A DNA stretch of 64,000 nt from Minisyncoccota bacterium (GTDB lineage Bacteria > Patescibacteriota > Minisyncoccia > Phycocordibacterales > UBA9973). Positions 45,119-55,645 of this stretch are shown here, piece after piece (position 1 is the first letter of the stretch; each line of letters starts with the position of its first letter). The notes under the pieces were generated by a model that was not told the origin of the DNA, did not search any database, and saw nothing but the letters and a program-made list of their open reading frames with translations. The position numbers were made by a program, and so were the translations under genes. The stretch spans positions 244,468 to 308,467 of the forward strand of contig DASWWS010000001.1 in assembly GCA_036405895.1 (NCBI GenBank), written 5' to 3'.

Positions 45119-46801
45119 TTAGCTTGCAACAACATTCGGCGCAACTTGCGCGCCTGCAGCAGGAAGCTCTACAACAAATATTGTTCCCTTGCCCGCACCT
45201 TCGCTTTCAATGATTATTTGCCCTTTATGCGCTTTGGTAATTTCTTGCGCAAGATAGAGCCCAAGGCCCGAGCCTCCGGTATTGAGCTTCCCGCCTTCGC
45301 CTCGGCTGAATTTTTCAAAGAGCTTTGCCTTTGTTTCGGCAGTTACGCCCACGCCCGTGTCGGCAACAGCAAAGAGTATCTTGTTGTCCTTGCGTGAAAG
45401 AGAGAGCTTCACAAAGCCACTCGGCGTGTATTTAATACTGTTGTCGGTGAGGTTGAGAAATACCTGCTTGATTTTCAATGGGTCGACAATTGCCATGAAG
45501 GAGTCGTGGTTTGGAATATCGAGCGTGAACGCAAGTCCTTTGTTTTCCGCCGGAATTTTCATTTCGTTGTAGAGCGCGTCTACCAAGGGAGCAAGCTCAG
45601 TTGGCATCATTTCATACTTCATACCGCCCTGTTCTATTTTTGAAACGTTAAGCAAGTCCTCCACAATATTTGCCAAGCCCTGAGCTGAAGAGTAAATGCG
45701 CTTAACGCTTTCACTTTGTTTTACATCCATCGCCCCAAATGCACCTTCAACCAGCATAGAGGCATATCCCTTGATAGCGGTCAGTGGGCTGCGCAACTGG
45801 TGGGATGCAAGCGAAAGGAATTCGGTCTTGAGTTTGTCGAGCCCCTTGAGCTTTTCGTTCGCGTTTTCCAAATCAGTATTGGATACTTCCAACATATCGC
45901 TAAGCTTCACTTCTTTTTCCACGCTTTTCACCAGCAAAAAGCCGAACCCTATCGCAAGCGCAAACGTAATCCCGTTAAGCGTTCTGTTGATATCGCTTTG
46001 TATAAAGAAAAATTGAGCGCCGATTAGTATGACTAATGAGGCAACAAGGGCCTGGGCTGCGAGCAGCTTGATATTAAATGCACGGTAAATGACTATCACA
46101 TAGGCAAGCACTCCGATAAAGAACACCATGCCCAAAAGACCGATTATTTCATACAAGTATTCGCCTCCCAACCAGTCCACGAGAAAGCCCGAGAAGAAGA
46201 ATGAGAAAAGGAAAAGGCTTACCCCTGCTCCCACCAAAAGCCGCTGCTGCCGCAAAAGGACTTCGCCCTTTTTGTACCAATACAGCGTAAGCGCCATAAT
46301 AGAAGTAAAAATGATTATCTCAAGCGGGAAAATATAATTGCTCCAGAACAATCCTTCAACCGGAATACAGGTAACAACATCAAAATACGGCAAGGAGAAA
46401 ACGCTGCTGGAAACAAAGAGCACCGGCGCAATCAATAAGAGCACAAAAAACTTCATTCGATTGGGAACATCCCTGTTTGCAACGTAGGTGTAAAAGAAGT
46501 AAAGACTGAGCACAAAGAGAAACACTTCCAGCATATACGCAAACGACCAGAAAAACATGTACGCTCGAGCGTCGATGCTGGTCCAGAGCAAAACATCAAC
46601 GATGCACCATGTTGAAAAAACAACGGTGAGCATGAAAAGGATTTTTGCCGATAGTGTTCGGTTGTTGTACAAAACAAAAAAACCAAGCAAGAGCGCAACA
46701 ATTGCTGCGGGAAAGTGCGAGTAATAGATCAAGCTCAGCGGCACGGATTCCTGCACCAGCGTGGCACATTGTTCAATAGCTGAGATGAGGGTGAATTCCA
46801 T
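45119..46801 (-). CDS. Membrane sensor histidine kinase (multi-TM sensor, HisKA + HATPase_c)
   Basis: H-box LSLASHQLRSPLTAIKGYASML; N/G boxes DNSIKYT, DTGVGV, GGSGLGL. Confidence 0.8.
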   Translation of the reverse strand: MEFTLISAIEQCATLVQESVPLSLIYYSHFPAAIVALLLGFFVLYNNRTLSAKILFMLTVVFSTWCIVDVLLWTSIDARAYMFFWSFAYMLEVFLFVLSLYFFYTYVANRDVPNRMKFFVLLLIAPVLFVSSSVFSLPYFDVVTCIPVEGLFWSNYIFPLEIIIFTSIMALTLYWYKKGEVLLRQQRLLVGAGVSLFLFSFFFSGFLVDWLGGEYLYEIIGLLGMVFFIGVLAYVIVIYRAFNIKLLAAQALVASLVILIGAQFFFIQSDINRTLNGITFALAIGFGFLLVKSVEKEVKLSDMLEVSNTDLENANEKLKGLDKLKTEFLSLASHQLRSPLTAIKGYASMLVEGAFGAMDVKQSESVKRIYSSAQGLANIVEDLLNVSKIEQGGMKYEMMPTELAPLVDALYNEMKIPAENKGLAFTLDIPNHDSFMAIVDPLKIKQVFLNLTDNSIKYTPSGFVKLSLSRKDNKILFAVADTGVGVTAETKAKLFEKFSRGEGGKLNTGGSGLGLYLAQEITKAHKGQIIIESEGAGKGTIFVVELPAAGAQVAPNVVAS

Positions 46802-46835
46802 ATTTGAAAAGTATACTATTATAATCTCCTGAGCA

Positions 46836-47597
46836 CTATCGCCCCGAGCTGAGCATTTCTTCTACCATAGCCTCAGTGCGCTCCGGATACGTCCACCACA
46901 AAAAGTCGTCCTCTGAATCAACAGGGGTCACCGGCACGATCAACGGGCGTATGCCGAACATGCTTTCAAGCTTTTCGAAACTTGGCACTACTTTTGTAAG
47001 AGTAAATTCACGCTCTTCTTCGCTCATAAGCATGTTTTCAAACAGCACGCCGTGGCAGAGAAACAGCCCCAAATAATACAAATAGTAATACTCGGACTGG
47101 AATCGCGTAGAGAAAAAATAATCCGAGAAATCAAATACTTCAACAGTGCCACCCGCGCTTTTTTGCAGCAAATCGTGATGAAAAGAAACAAGGCTGCTGC
47201 CATTGATTGTTGTTATGTCTTTGAACTTCTTCCCTTCTTGCGTATTAAAATTAATCAAACTGATTTTCTTCGCCTCTTCAAAGCGCTCCATGCCTTCTTT
47301 ATAAAAATGCAGCTTGCACAGTGCGTATTTATCAGAATTTCTCGCAACAAACTTATCCTCCGGATATTCTATAAGCAACGGATCAAGTCCGGCTTTCGCA
47401 GCCAAATCGTGAAAATGAAAAAATTCATTGTCGGGGCTTGCAATGCATCTGACGAGTACGGCCTTATTGCCTTGTATAAGAGGCTCTGGAAGCTTTGGTC
47501 CGAGGAATTCCTCCACCTTCTTCAAGAGCGCTGTATCATTTCTTCGGGCAGCCAAGATTGCCTTTACTTCTTCAAGCGGAGTATAGAGGTTTTTCAT
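46836..47597 (-). CDS. Hypothetical protein
   Basis: 253-aa ORF, no motif recognised. Confidence 0.4.
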   Translation of the reverse strand: MKNLYTPLEEVKAILAARRNDTALLKKVEEFLGPKLPEPLIQGNKAVLVRCIASPDNEFFHFHDLAAKAGLDPLLIEYPEDKFVARNSDKYALCKLHFYKEGMERFEEAKKISLINFNTQEGKKFKDITTINGSSLVSFHHDLLQKSAGGTVEVFDFSDYFFSTRFQSEYYYLYYLGLFLCHGVLFENMLMSEEEREFTLTKVVPSFEKLESMFGIRPLIVPVTPVDSEDDFLWWTYPERTEAMVEEMLSSGR

Positions 47598-48742
47598 TAT
47601 CGATTAACTCCAAAAATAAAGGCGTTTTTTTCTCCAAAGCTCGGTATCAAAATATCCTCGCGCTCAACTCCTGAGAAATGCTCTGTTGTAAGGCGCTCTA
47701 CTATTGCGGCAGTGTTCAAATATTTTTCCATTGCCACTGCGGTGCCTCCTTGAATGGCAATCCATCCGTCGGGTGCAAGATGTTTTTTTGAAAGCATGAG
47801 CACTTGTTCAAAGAAATGAGTATAGTCGCGCTCATAGCTGTCTTCCAAATGAACCATAGGATTGTCTGTCAGGTCCGAAATAATGCCGTCAAAATGCTCG
47901 CCCTTGTTCGTTTTTAAATACTGCAATGCGTCTCCTATGAAAAGCGTTACATTAGGATGATCAAATACTTTCTGTCCGAGGTGCTTTTTTGCGCTCATGA
48001 CAACTTCCACATCCAAGTCAATGATAGTGATTGCAAGATTTGGATTTTTTTCAAGAGCAGCTTCGGCTACATATCCGTCCCCGCCGCCAAGAATCAATAA
48101 GCGTGCATCGTTTTTCGTGAGTTTTTTCAAAACAGCTTCGTCGTAGAGCTGGTGGTCCTTCTCTGAAGTTTGCATGACGCCGTCAATAAGCATGCATCTT
48201 CCAAATTCGTCAGTATCGACTATTTCAATTTTCTGAAACCCGGAAGTAATATTAGCAACTCTCTCAGTAACATGAATGAGCTGCTCTGACCCGTCGCTAT
48301 AGACAGGCATGCGCAGCGTGTCCGGGCTCCCCGCGGATTCAGGCAGGAGATTATACGTACGGTCAATGCTTTTTATCACCATGCGCCGGTGCAAAATTTT
48401 CTCCAGTATGTAGTCAACCACTTTTCGCGTCATGGCATCGCTTGAACAGGTATAGACATCAATTGAGAGATATCCGTGCTCCGGCCATGAATGAACAGAC
48501 ATGTGCGAAGTGGAGAGCAAGAGAAAGCCTGTCACCCCCTGAGGCTCGAAAGGGAAAAAGGCTTCGTCTAAAAGCACAATATTGGTGCCATCAATAGACT
48601 CGGTCATGACTTTTTTCAGAAATTCAACCGAATTGATCTGCTGTCGATTACAGCCGAACAAATCCAAAATATAGTGGGCTCCTACTACCCTATTTTCATC
48701 CAGTGCCTTATTCTCCATACTCTTCTTCATTTTCACTTTCAT
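47597..48742 (-). CDS. Fusion protein: S-adenosylmethionine decarboxylase (SpeH-type, pyruvoyl) + spermidine synthase / aminopropyltransferase
   Basis: N-half GAHYILDLFGC...GVTGFLLLSTSHMSVHSWPEHGYLSIDVYTC aligns to SpeH (ESHxxxHTWPE); C-half LILGGGDGYVAEAAL...IIDLD...DGIISDLTD aligns to SpeE. Confidence 0.7.
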   Translation of the reverse strand: MKVKMKKSMENKALDENRVVGAHYILDLFGCNRQQINSVEFLKKVMTESIDGTNIVLLDEAFFPFEPQGVTGFLLLSTSHMSVHSWPEHGYLSIDVYTCSSDAMTRKVVDYILEKILHRRMVIKSIDRTYNLLPESAGSPDTLRMPVYSDGSEQLIHVTERVANITSGFQKIEIVDTDEFGRCMLIDGVMQTSEKDHQLYDEAVLKKLTKNDARLLILGGGDGYVAEAALEKNPNLAITIIDLDVEVVMSAKKHLGQKVFDHPNVTLFIGDALQYLKTNKGEHFDGIISDLTDNPMVHLEDSYERDYTHFFEQVLMLSKKHLAPDGWIAIQGGTAVAMEKYLNTAAIVERLTTEHFSGVEREDILIPSFGEKNAFIFGVNR

Positions 48743-49118
48743 TCATTTCAATACTCTCTTCCTCTTCTGCTGCATAGTCTTCGGGGGTGGTGCACGATTC
48801 CCACTCTTCTGCATATTCTTCGCACGCAAGGGCTGTGGCAACCCCCTCTTCAACAAGCGCGTGCATGCACGCATCACTGTCTTCTGCATTTGCGCACGCA
48901 TGAGAAAGCGCTCGCGCTCCCACCATTGCTTTGGCGTAATAGTATTCTTCATCAGTGGTACACACTTCCTGCGCAGGGTCACAAGAAAGCTCAACCGCTA
49001 TATCAAAATTGAGCGCTCTGTAGTACAGATAAAAATTTATCGCGAGTGCGCTGGCAAGAAGCAATACCGTGAGTAGTATAAAAAAACGGCTTCCCTTTTT
49101 TGCAGTAGGAATATCCAT
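48708..49118 (-). CDS. Membrane-anchored acidic Cys-containing small protein
   Basis: N-terminal TM, highly acidic C-tail; 35-nt overlap with preceding gene. Confidence 0.35.
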   Translation of the reverse strand: MDIPTAKKGSRFFILLTVLLLASALAINFYLYYRALNFDIAVELSCDPAQEVCTTDEEYYYAKAMVGARALSHACANAEDSDACMHALVEEGVATALACEEYAEEWESCTTPEDYAAEEEESIEMNESENEEEYGE

Positions 49119-49170
49119 AGAATGAAAACATTATACCATGCATTAAAAAAGACGCCTTATTATAGGCGTC

Positions 49171-49671
49171 TTACAATAGAGAGCTAACGATGCTGTACCA
49201 GAACGCGGACCAGATAATACACGAAAGTATTGTACTGATAATTAAAATCAGATGGTCTCTTTTTTTAAATCCTTGAAATGCCGGACCTTTTCTTGTATAG
49301 AGCACTACCAAGAAAGGGTCATACCATGTGAGGAAAAGAAGTACAGGCACTTCACCGCCGTAGCGATAAAGGAAAAAAAGTATTTTTTCCACCCGGTTTT
49401 TTTTCTCATTGCTAATAAGCAGCTCTTTCAAACTTTTGAATTTCTCAAAACCGAAAATATCCTTTTTAAGGAAATCGTAAAGAAAAACAAGGCAATAGTT
49501 GAGAGTGAGCGCGCTGGCCATTAAGATAATAAAGCTCATCAAAAGATGTTCCTTAAAATAATACGTTATAAACGGGTAGATTCCCCAATCGAATATCCAT
49601 CCAATGGTTTCGATTGTCGCAACTCCTCCCAGTAAAAGAAAGAGTTTGCCAAGTAGTTCTTTCTTTTTCAA
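49171..49671 (-). CDS. Integral membrane protein, hypothetical
   Basis: 166 aa, 4 hydrophobic helices. Confidence 0.4.
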   Translation of the reverse strand: MKKKELLGKLFLLLGGVATIETIGWIFDWGIYPFITYYFKEHLLMSFIILMASALTLNYCLVFLYDFLKKDIFGFEKFKSLKELLISNEKKNRVEKILFFLYRYGGEVPVLLFLTWYDPFLVVLYTRKGPAFQGFKKRDHLILIISTILSCIIWSAFWYSIVSSLL

Positions 49672-49728
49672 TTGTCAGTGTATTTGTTTACATTATATCA
49701 TTTTTTTATATAAAGTCAATAGAATAGT

Positions 49729-49760
49729 AAACGGCCCCGTGGTGGGGCCGTGTTCATTTT
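49729..49760 (-). terminator. Intrinsic terminator
   Basis: ACGGCCCC-gtggt-GGGGCCGT hairpin with flanking A/T runs. Confidence 0.5.
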
Positions 49761-49933
49761 TGTCCGCTTATTGCCTGTTGCATTATGGACTTGAGGGATC
49801 CTACTGCTTGGGCGGCAACATCGGGCTGCTCTGGTTTCTTTTTTGGAAGAGAAACATCTTCCACTTCTGTGTGAGGGGTTGGATTTTCTTCCTCGTCTTC
49901 AACACCGTCTGCTGCTCCTGTGTACTCTGTCAT
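49754..49933 (-). CDS. Possible 59-aa acidic small protein (below ORF-track cutoff)
   Basis: ATG..TGA ORF MTEYTGAADGVEDEEENPTP... immediately followed by GGCCCCGTGGTGGGGCC terminator hairpin. Confidence 0.2.
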   Translation of the reverse strand: MTEYTGAADGVEDEEENPTPHTEVEDVSLPKKKPEQPDVAAQAVGSLKSIMQQAISGQK

Positions 49934-49984
49934 GGCTGTATGGATTTGATTTATTCAAATCCTAGCACAGCACGCTTTCGGTGA

Positions 49985-51451
49985 CTAGTCCTGGCGAGGT
50001 TTCAACAGTGGGAAGATTTGCGCTTCGCGCACGGGCTTGTCCATCAAAAACGAGAAGAGGCGCTCGGAGAGGCCAAAGCCAAATGCAGGCGGCATGCCAT
50101 GCTCAAGTGCTTCGACAAATTCCATGTCGGCCATTTGCGCCTCATCGTCCCCTGCATCGCGCAAAGCCTGCTGGTGTTCGAACCGTCCGCGCTGGTCAAC
50201 AGGGTCATTGAGCTCGCTGAAACCCTTACCCATTTCACTTCCGGCCAATATCACCTGAAAGCGCTCCACTGTTTGTGGGTTATTGCGGCTGCGCTTTGCA
50301 AGCGGCTCAAGGTACACCGGCACATTGATCAAAAATCCTGGCCCCGCAAGTCCTTTGCGCACCTTCTTCCAGAGCAAGTCTATTCCCCGCTCGATATTAA
50401 GCGTTGGCTTGTCGTATGCAATATCGTTTTTCTTGAGCTCTGCCTCTACTGCCTCAAGGGTGGTATCGAGCGCATTGATGCCGTAATTATCCTCTAGTAC
50501 TTGCACAAAGTCGTATACCTCCCATTCTTTATTGAAGTCCACCTCGTATCCGCGAATGGTGAATACTGTTTTTCCAAATGTTTTTTCTGCAATGAGCGTA
50601 TAGAGCTCTTTTGTCAGCTCCATGCCCTGGATGTAGTCGGCGTACGCCATGTAATATTCAAGCTGCGTGTAGTCCTGAAGGTGCTCGTTTGAGATTCCTT
50701 CGTTGCGGAAAATACGCCCTATTTCGAATGTGCGAGGAATGCCCGCAACAAGGAGTTTCTTCTGCCACAGCTCGCCCGCTGAGATGCGAAGGAATACGTC
50801 GATGTCGAGCGCATTGTGATGTGTGACAAAGGGGCGCGCATCGGCGCCGCCGGTGGTGTTTTCCAAAACCGGTGTTTCTACTTCAACAAATGATTTCTCC
50901 AAAAGAAATTGGCGAATAGTATTCCAAAAGATTGAGCGCTTGTACACGATATCACGCACGTCTTCGTTCATCAAAATATCGAGGTACCGCTTTCGGAATC
51001 GCTCGTCTTCGTCTTTGATGCCGTACCATTCGTCAGGAATAGGAAGCAGACTCTTTGAAAGCATGTTCCAGCCGGTCACAAACAAGCTCTGCGCACCGCG
51101 CTGTGTCGTATATGCCGTACCGGTCACCGTTACAAAGTCGCCAATGTCTACCGTGTCATTAAAAAGAGTGAACACGCTTTCATCCATTTCGTCTTTCTTA
51201 AAGAATGCTTGAATGCGCCCTGTACCATCGTACAGGTCACAGAAAGTAATACCACCTTGCCCGCGCTTGCTCATGATGCGACCTGCGAGCGTAATTACAT
51301 CCTTTCCGCCTTCATAGAGGCCGAAGCGGTCGATAAAGAGGTCAATTGCGTGCGAGCGATTGGTTTCAGCTGGGTACGGATTTATGCCTTGGGCTTCCAA
51401 TAATGCTTTCTTTTTCAGTCGGTCTGCCCGGAGTTCTTCAATGGATGCCAT
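49985..51451 (-). CDS. lysS: Lysyl-tRNA synthetase (class II)
   Basis: N-terminal OB; class II motifs; ...ELSNGFSELNDP...GLGIDRL equivalents (GMPPAFGFGLSERL). Confidence 0.9.
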   Translation of the reverse strand: MASIEELRADRLKKKALLEAQGINPYPAETNRSHAIDLFIDRFGLYEGGKDVITLAGRIMSKRGQGGITFCDLYDGTGRIQAFFKKDEMDESVFTLFNDTVDIGDFVTVTGTAYTTQRGAQSLFVTGWNMLSKSLLPIPDEWYGIKDEDERFRKRYLDILMNEDVRDIVYKRSIFWNTIRQFLLEKSFVEVETPVLENTTGGADARPFVTHHNALDIDVFLRISAGELWQKKLLVAGIPRTFEIGRIFRNEGISNEHLQDYTQLEYYMAYADYIQGMELTKELYTLIAEKTFGKTVFTIRGYEVDFNKEWEVYDFVQVLEDNYGINALDTTLEAVEAELKKNDIAYDKPTLNIERGIDLLWKKVRKGLAGPGFLINVPVYLEPLAKRSRNNPQTVERFQVILAGSEMGKGFSELNDPVDQRGRFEHQQALRDAGDDEAQMADMEFVEALEHGMPPAFGFGLSERLFSFLMDKPVREAQIFPLLKPRQD

Positions 51452-51503
51452 ATGTACCTCAAATTATACAAGAAACAAGGCAAAAAGCACCTTTTCCTCA
51501 TTT

Positions 51504-51550
51504 CAGAAGGACGGTCCTTCTGAGCCTAGCAAGGACCATCCTTGCTAGGC
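51504..51550 (-). promoter_or_regulatory. Tandem perfect stem-loops between dnaJ stop and lysS promoter
   Basis: CAGAAGGAC-g-GTCCTTCTG and GCCTAGCAAGGA-cca-TCCTTGCTAGGC; no U-tract; TATAAT + GAGG of lysS follow. Confidence 0.5.
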
Positions 51551-52614
51551 TAGATTCCCTCCTTTTTCAGGTCTTCGATAATCTCTTTCGCTTTCTTTGA
51601 GAGCTTTTCCGGAAGAGTGATGTTGAGCTTGATGACAAAGTTTCCGCGCTTGCTTCCGCCAGTCGGCACGCCGTGATTTTTCAGTACGACAGTGTCACCC
51701 ACTTTTGTTCCGCTCGGAATTACGAAATCGATTTTCCCGTCGAGGGTTTCAATGCTGTGTTCAGCTCCCAAAAGTGCATCAGTCAATTTGATTGAGTGGT
51801 TTGAGACAAGGTCGTGTCCTTGGCGCGCAATTGTTTTGTGCGGTGCGACAGATACGTGAACATAAAGGTCTCCCGACTGCCCGCCGGAAATCGCTTCGCC
51901 CATGCCGCTGAGTCGAAGTGTTTCGCCATTTTGAATACCGCTTGGAACATTGATTTTGATAGTGCGCGCTTCAGTTACCACACCATCGCCCTTACAGGTC
52001 TTGCAAGGTTCTTTGGGGATTTTTCCTTTACCAAAACACTTGTTGCACGTTTGGTTGGTGGCAATAGAACCGAGTATGGTGCGCTGTACGGTACGGATAG
52101 ATCCTTTACCATCGCACTTCGAACACGTCTCAAGCTTGCTCCCTGGTTGTGCACCGTCGCCCTTACAGGTGGTACAAGTAGAAGGCTTGGTCACGCGGAT
52201 TTCTTTTTCTACACCAAAGATAGCGTCTTTGAAATCAATTGATATGTTTGTCTGCAGATCATTTCCGCGACGCTGGCGACTTGACCTTCCTCCACCGAAC
52301 ATCTCGCCAAAAATATCTCCCATATCAAAGCCGAAGCCTTGCCCACCTTGCGAGAAGTCAAAACCGTTCGGGTCAAATCCACCGAAGCCTCCGCCTCCCA
52401 TGTTGGGCCCTGCACTACCAAACTGATCGTATTGCGCGCGCTTAGTATCATCAGAGAGCGTTTGATACGCCTCATTTACTTCCTTAAACTTCTTGTCGTC
52501 TCCTTTATTCTTATCGGGATGATACTGGTGCGCGAGCTTATGAAATGCCTTTTTGATTTCATCTTTTGAAGCGCCTTTCGACACTCCTAATGTTTCGTAA
52601 TAGTCTTTTGCCAT
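51550..52614 (-). CDS. dnaJ: Chaperone DnaJ
   Basis: J-domain HPD (YHPDKN), G/F region, four CxxCxGxG zinc motifs. Confidence 0.9.
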   Translation of the reverse strand: MAKDYYETLGVSKGASKDEIKKAFHKLAHQYHPDKNKGDDKKFKEVNEAYQTLSDDTKRAQYDQFGSAGPNMGGGGFGGFDPNGFDFSQGGQGFGFDMGDIFGEMFGGGRSSRQRRGNDLQTNISIDFKDAIFGVEKEIRVTKPSTCTTCKGDGAQPGSKLETCSKCDGKGSIRTVQRTILGSIATNQTCNKCFGKGKIPKEPCKTCKGDGVVTEARTIKINVPSGIQNGETLRLSGMGEAISGGQSGDLYVHVSVAPHKTIARQGHDLVSNHSIKLTDALLGAEHSIETLDGKIDFVIPSGTKVGDTVVLKNHGVPTGGSKRGNFVIKLNITLPEKLSKKAKEIIEDLKKEGI

Positions 52615-52787
52615 GTGTATTTACTATATCATTATTCTTTGATAAGAAAATGCCCTTCTATAAGGGCATTTTCAGTGAAATTAGCGGTGTCGGAGAGACA
52701 CTGTTTTGCCCTCTGCCTTTCGCTTTTTCTTTGCTGCGATTTTGCGTTTCTTGTTCATAAGTGGGGATACTATAGCACAGGAGCCGA

Positions 52788-54674
52788 TTATTGGCTATCT
52801 GTTTTTTCTTCCCCGGTAGTGTCGGTCGCCTCAGCATCTTTTGCTTCGCCTTCAGGGGCTGACTCTTGCGGCTGGGCCTTGGATACCGCTTCGCCGATCT
52901 TGGACATCTCGGTTGAAAGGGTGTGAACAGCAGCTTCGATAGAAGCTTTATCACTTCCCTCCTTGGCTTTCTTCACGGCATCAATCGCACCCTGTACAGA
53001 AGTTTTAATCTCTTCAGTCACATGCTCTGCATGGTCGGTGAGCGCTTTTTCTGCTGCGAATACTGTCATGTCAGCGGTGTTCTTTGTGTCCACTAGCGCT
53101 TTCTTTTCTTCATCTTCCTTTGCGTGAAGCTCGGCGTCATTTTTCATGCGCTCGATATCTTCTGGAGTAAGACCAGAAGAGGCTTCAATCCGGATAGACT
53201 GCTCTTTGCCGGATGCCTTGTCTTTTGCTTTCACATTGAGGATGCCGTTTGCATCAACATCGAATGTCACCTCCACCTGCGGCATGCCGCGCGGTGCCGG
53301 TGGAATGCCGTCGAGGATAAACCGTCCGAGCGATTTGTTGTCGCTTGCCATTGGTCGCTCGCCTTGAGTGATATGGATTTCAACAGAAGTCTGGTTGTCG
53401 GCCGCAGTTGAGAACACCTGACTTTTTGATGAAGGAATGGTCGTGTTACGCTCTACGAGCTTTGTTGCCACTCCGCCAAGGGTTTCAATACCGAGAGAAA
53501 GCGGAATCACGTCGAGCAAGAGAACATCGCGCACGTCGCCCTGCAATACTCCTCCCTGGACTGCAGCACCGAGTGCCACCACTTCGTCCGGGTTGATAGT
53601 GCGGTTAGGTTCTTTGCCGAAGAGCTTCTTTACCTCTTCAACAATTTTCGGCATACGGGTCTGTCCTCCCACCAAAATGATTTCATCAATATCTGCAATC
53701 TTAAACGGTGATGCATCGATTGCGCGCTTCGTGATTTCGATAGAACGCATAACAAATTCGTCTGCAAGGTTTTCAAGCTGAGCGCGAGACATCTTCAAAA
53801 GAAGGTGCTGCGGCCCCGCATCAGTTGAAGTGATAAAGGGAATGTTGATTTCAGTTTCAGGAGTAGTAGAAAGCTCGATTTTTGCTTTTTCTGCGGCTTC
53901 ATCGAGTCGCTGAAGCGCAAGCGGGTCTTTTGTTACATCCACACCGGACTCTTTTTTGAATTCGGCTGCGATCCATTCAACAATGGTGCGGTCAATATCG
54001 CGCCCCCCCATCATGGAGTCTCCGTCGGTGGACTTCACCTCAATAACATCATTGCCGATTTCAAGAACAGACACATCAAAGGTACCTCCTCCAAAGTCGT
54101 ATACCACCACCTGCTCATCCTTTTTTGTATCAAAGCCATAAGCAAGCGCGGCTGCAGTCGGTTCATTAATAATGCGCTTTACATCAAGGCCTGCAATTGC
54201 ACCCGCATCTTTTGTCGCCTTACGCTGCGCATCGTTAAAGTACGCAGGCACGGTGATGATCGCTTCAGTGATCTTTTCACCGAGCTTTGCTTCAACATCT
54301 GTTTTTATTTTCTGCAAAATCATTGCTGAGATTTCTTCTGGGCGGTATTGTTTTCCGTCAAGGGTTACTTCCGCTCCACCATCAGCTCCTGCAGCTACAG
54401 GAAACGGCATGTGAGAAATCACTTTATCAATGCCGGCATCAGAGAATTTGTGACCCATCAATCGCTTGATACCGTACACAGTATTTTGCGGATTGGTCAC
54501 GGCCTGGCGCTTTGCCAAAAGGCCGACAAGACGGTCACCGTTTTTTGCTTGTGCGACAATAGAGGGGGTTGTGCGAGACCCTTCAATGTTTTCGATGATT
54601 TTTGGCTGTCCGCCTTCAATGATTGCGACAGCGCTGTTTGTGGTTCCGAGGTCAATTCCGATGATTTTAGCCAT
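52788..54674 (-). CDS. dnaK: Chaperone DnaK (Hsp70)
   Basis: [25 protein letters not shown], full-length 628 aa. Confidence 0.95.
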   Translation of the reverse strand: MAKIIGIDLGTTNSAVAIIEGGQPKIIENIEGSRTTPSIVAQAKNGDRLVGLLAKRQAVTNPQNTVYGIKRLMGHKFSDAGIDKVISHMPFPVAAGADGGAEVTLDGKQYRPEEISAMILQKIKTDVEAKLGEKITEAIITVPAYFNDAQRKATKDAGAIAGLDVKRIINEPTAAALAYGFDTKKDEQVVVYDFGGGTFDVSVLEIGNDVIEVKSTDGDSMMGGRDIDRTIVEWIAAEFKKESGVDVTKDPLALQRLDEAAEKAKIELSTTPETEINIPFITSTDAGPQHLLLKMSRAQLENLADEFVMRSIEITKRAIDASPFKIADIDEIILVGGQTRMPKIVEEVKKLFGKEPNRTINPDEVVALGAAVQGGVLQGDVRDVLLLDVIPLSLGIETLGGVATKLVERNTTIPSSKSQVFSTAADNQTSVEIHITQGERPMASDNKSLGRFILDGIPPAPRGMPQVEVTFDVDANGILNVKAKDKASGKEQSIRIEASSGLTPEDIERMKNDAELHAKEDEEKKALVDTKNTADMTVFAAEKALTDHAEHVTEEIKTSVQGAIDAVKKAKEGSDKASIEAAVHTLSTEMSKIGEAVSKAQPQESAPEGEAKDAEATDTTGEEKTDSQ

Positions 54675-54796
54675 AATATGTGTGTGAAAAAATTATTTTA
54701 TAAGGTAAAAGTAAATCCAAGTGTATTTCAAGCAATTCTTCCGTTTCTACCGTTTTTTCGTGGTCGCGAAATACTTGTTGATAGTATAAATGATTT

Positions 54797-55354
54797 GTGA
54801 TATTGTGCAAGTACATGAGTAAACCAAGGGATACAAGAGAGAAGAAGTCGTTCTCAAAGCAAATCCTTGCCCTCCTCTCGGCAAAACCGGCTGTTTCTGT
54901 GGCTGAGCTCACAGAGAGCATTGAGGCGCTGGGAAGCGAGAAATATGCCCTCACACGCTCATTAAAGGGCCTTACAGAGTCGGGACTAGTGGAAACACAC
55001 CATTCAGGCCAGCAGGCCTATACGCGCCTCACGCGCGAAGGAAAGAAGAAGGCGCACAGCCTCAAGCTTGAGAGCGACACCGTTCTTTTTGATCCAACCT
55101 GGGACGGCAAATGGCGTATTATTCTTCTCGACCTACCAGAAGAGCGCAAAGCTGAGCGCGAAGGCCTGCGGTACCTCTTGAAAAAGGCCGGGTTTATATT
55201 ATTGAAAAATTCGGTCTGGATCTCCCCTCACCCGTTTGAGCACTTGTTTATGAATATTAAAAAAGACCTCACCCTCACCACAGAATTGATGATATTTGTT
55301 ACTGACACTATTGATGCGGAAACAGAAAAAGAATTTATAACATTGGCAAAATAA
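54797..55354 (+). CDS. PaaX-like winged-helix transcriptional regulator, encoded antisense between grpE and dnaK
   Basis: N-terminal wHTH; C-terminal WDGKWRIILLDLPE-x-R-x-REGLRYLLKKAGFILLKNSVWISP resembles PaaX C-domain. Confidence 0.45.
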   Translation: MILCKYMSKPRDTREKKSFSKQILALLSAKPAVSVAELTESIEALGSEKYALTRSLKGLTESGLVETHHSGQQAYTRLTREGKKKAHSLKLESDTVLFDPTWDGKWRIILLDLPEERKAEREGLRYLLKKAGFILLKNSVWISPHPFEHLFMNIKKDLTLTTELMIFVTDTIDAETEKEFITLAK

Positions 55355-55389
55355 AAGACCCCTCAACGAGGGGTCAGTAAGTGTACAAT

Positions 55390-55584
55390 TTATTGTGTTT
55401 GGTGTTTTCTTTCTATATAGAGAAGTCGAATTCCTATAAGTCCGGTGATGCAACCGCCGCCAAGTGTTGTAAGGAGTTGTTCGGGGGTCATATTCGGATT
55501 TCCTAAAGACGGAATCATCATAGTGGAAAGAACCACTGCCATAACAATAAGACATGCAAATGCAATTTGTTGTAAAGGAGTCAT
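55390..55584 (-). CDS. Small membrane protein
   Basis: 64 aa, two TM. Confidence 0.3.
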   Translation of the reverse strand: MTPLQQIAFACLIVMAVVLSTMMIPSLGNPNMTPEQLLTTLGGGCITGLIGIRLLYIERKHQTQ

Positions 55585-55645
55585 AATTTTTATTTAATTT
55601 TGTTTACAACATTATATCCTTTTTTAGGATAATGTCAAATGTGCC

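Noticed and set aside
54675-54800. CIRCE (HrcA) operator upstream of dnaK
   Set aside because: No TTAGCACTC-N9-GAGTGCTAA-like inverted repeat present.
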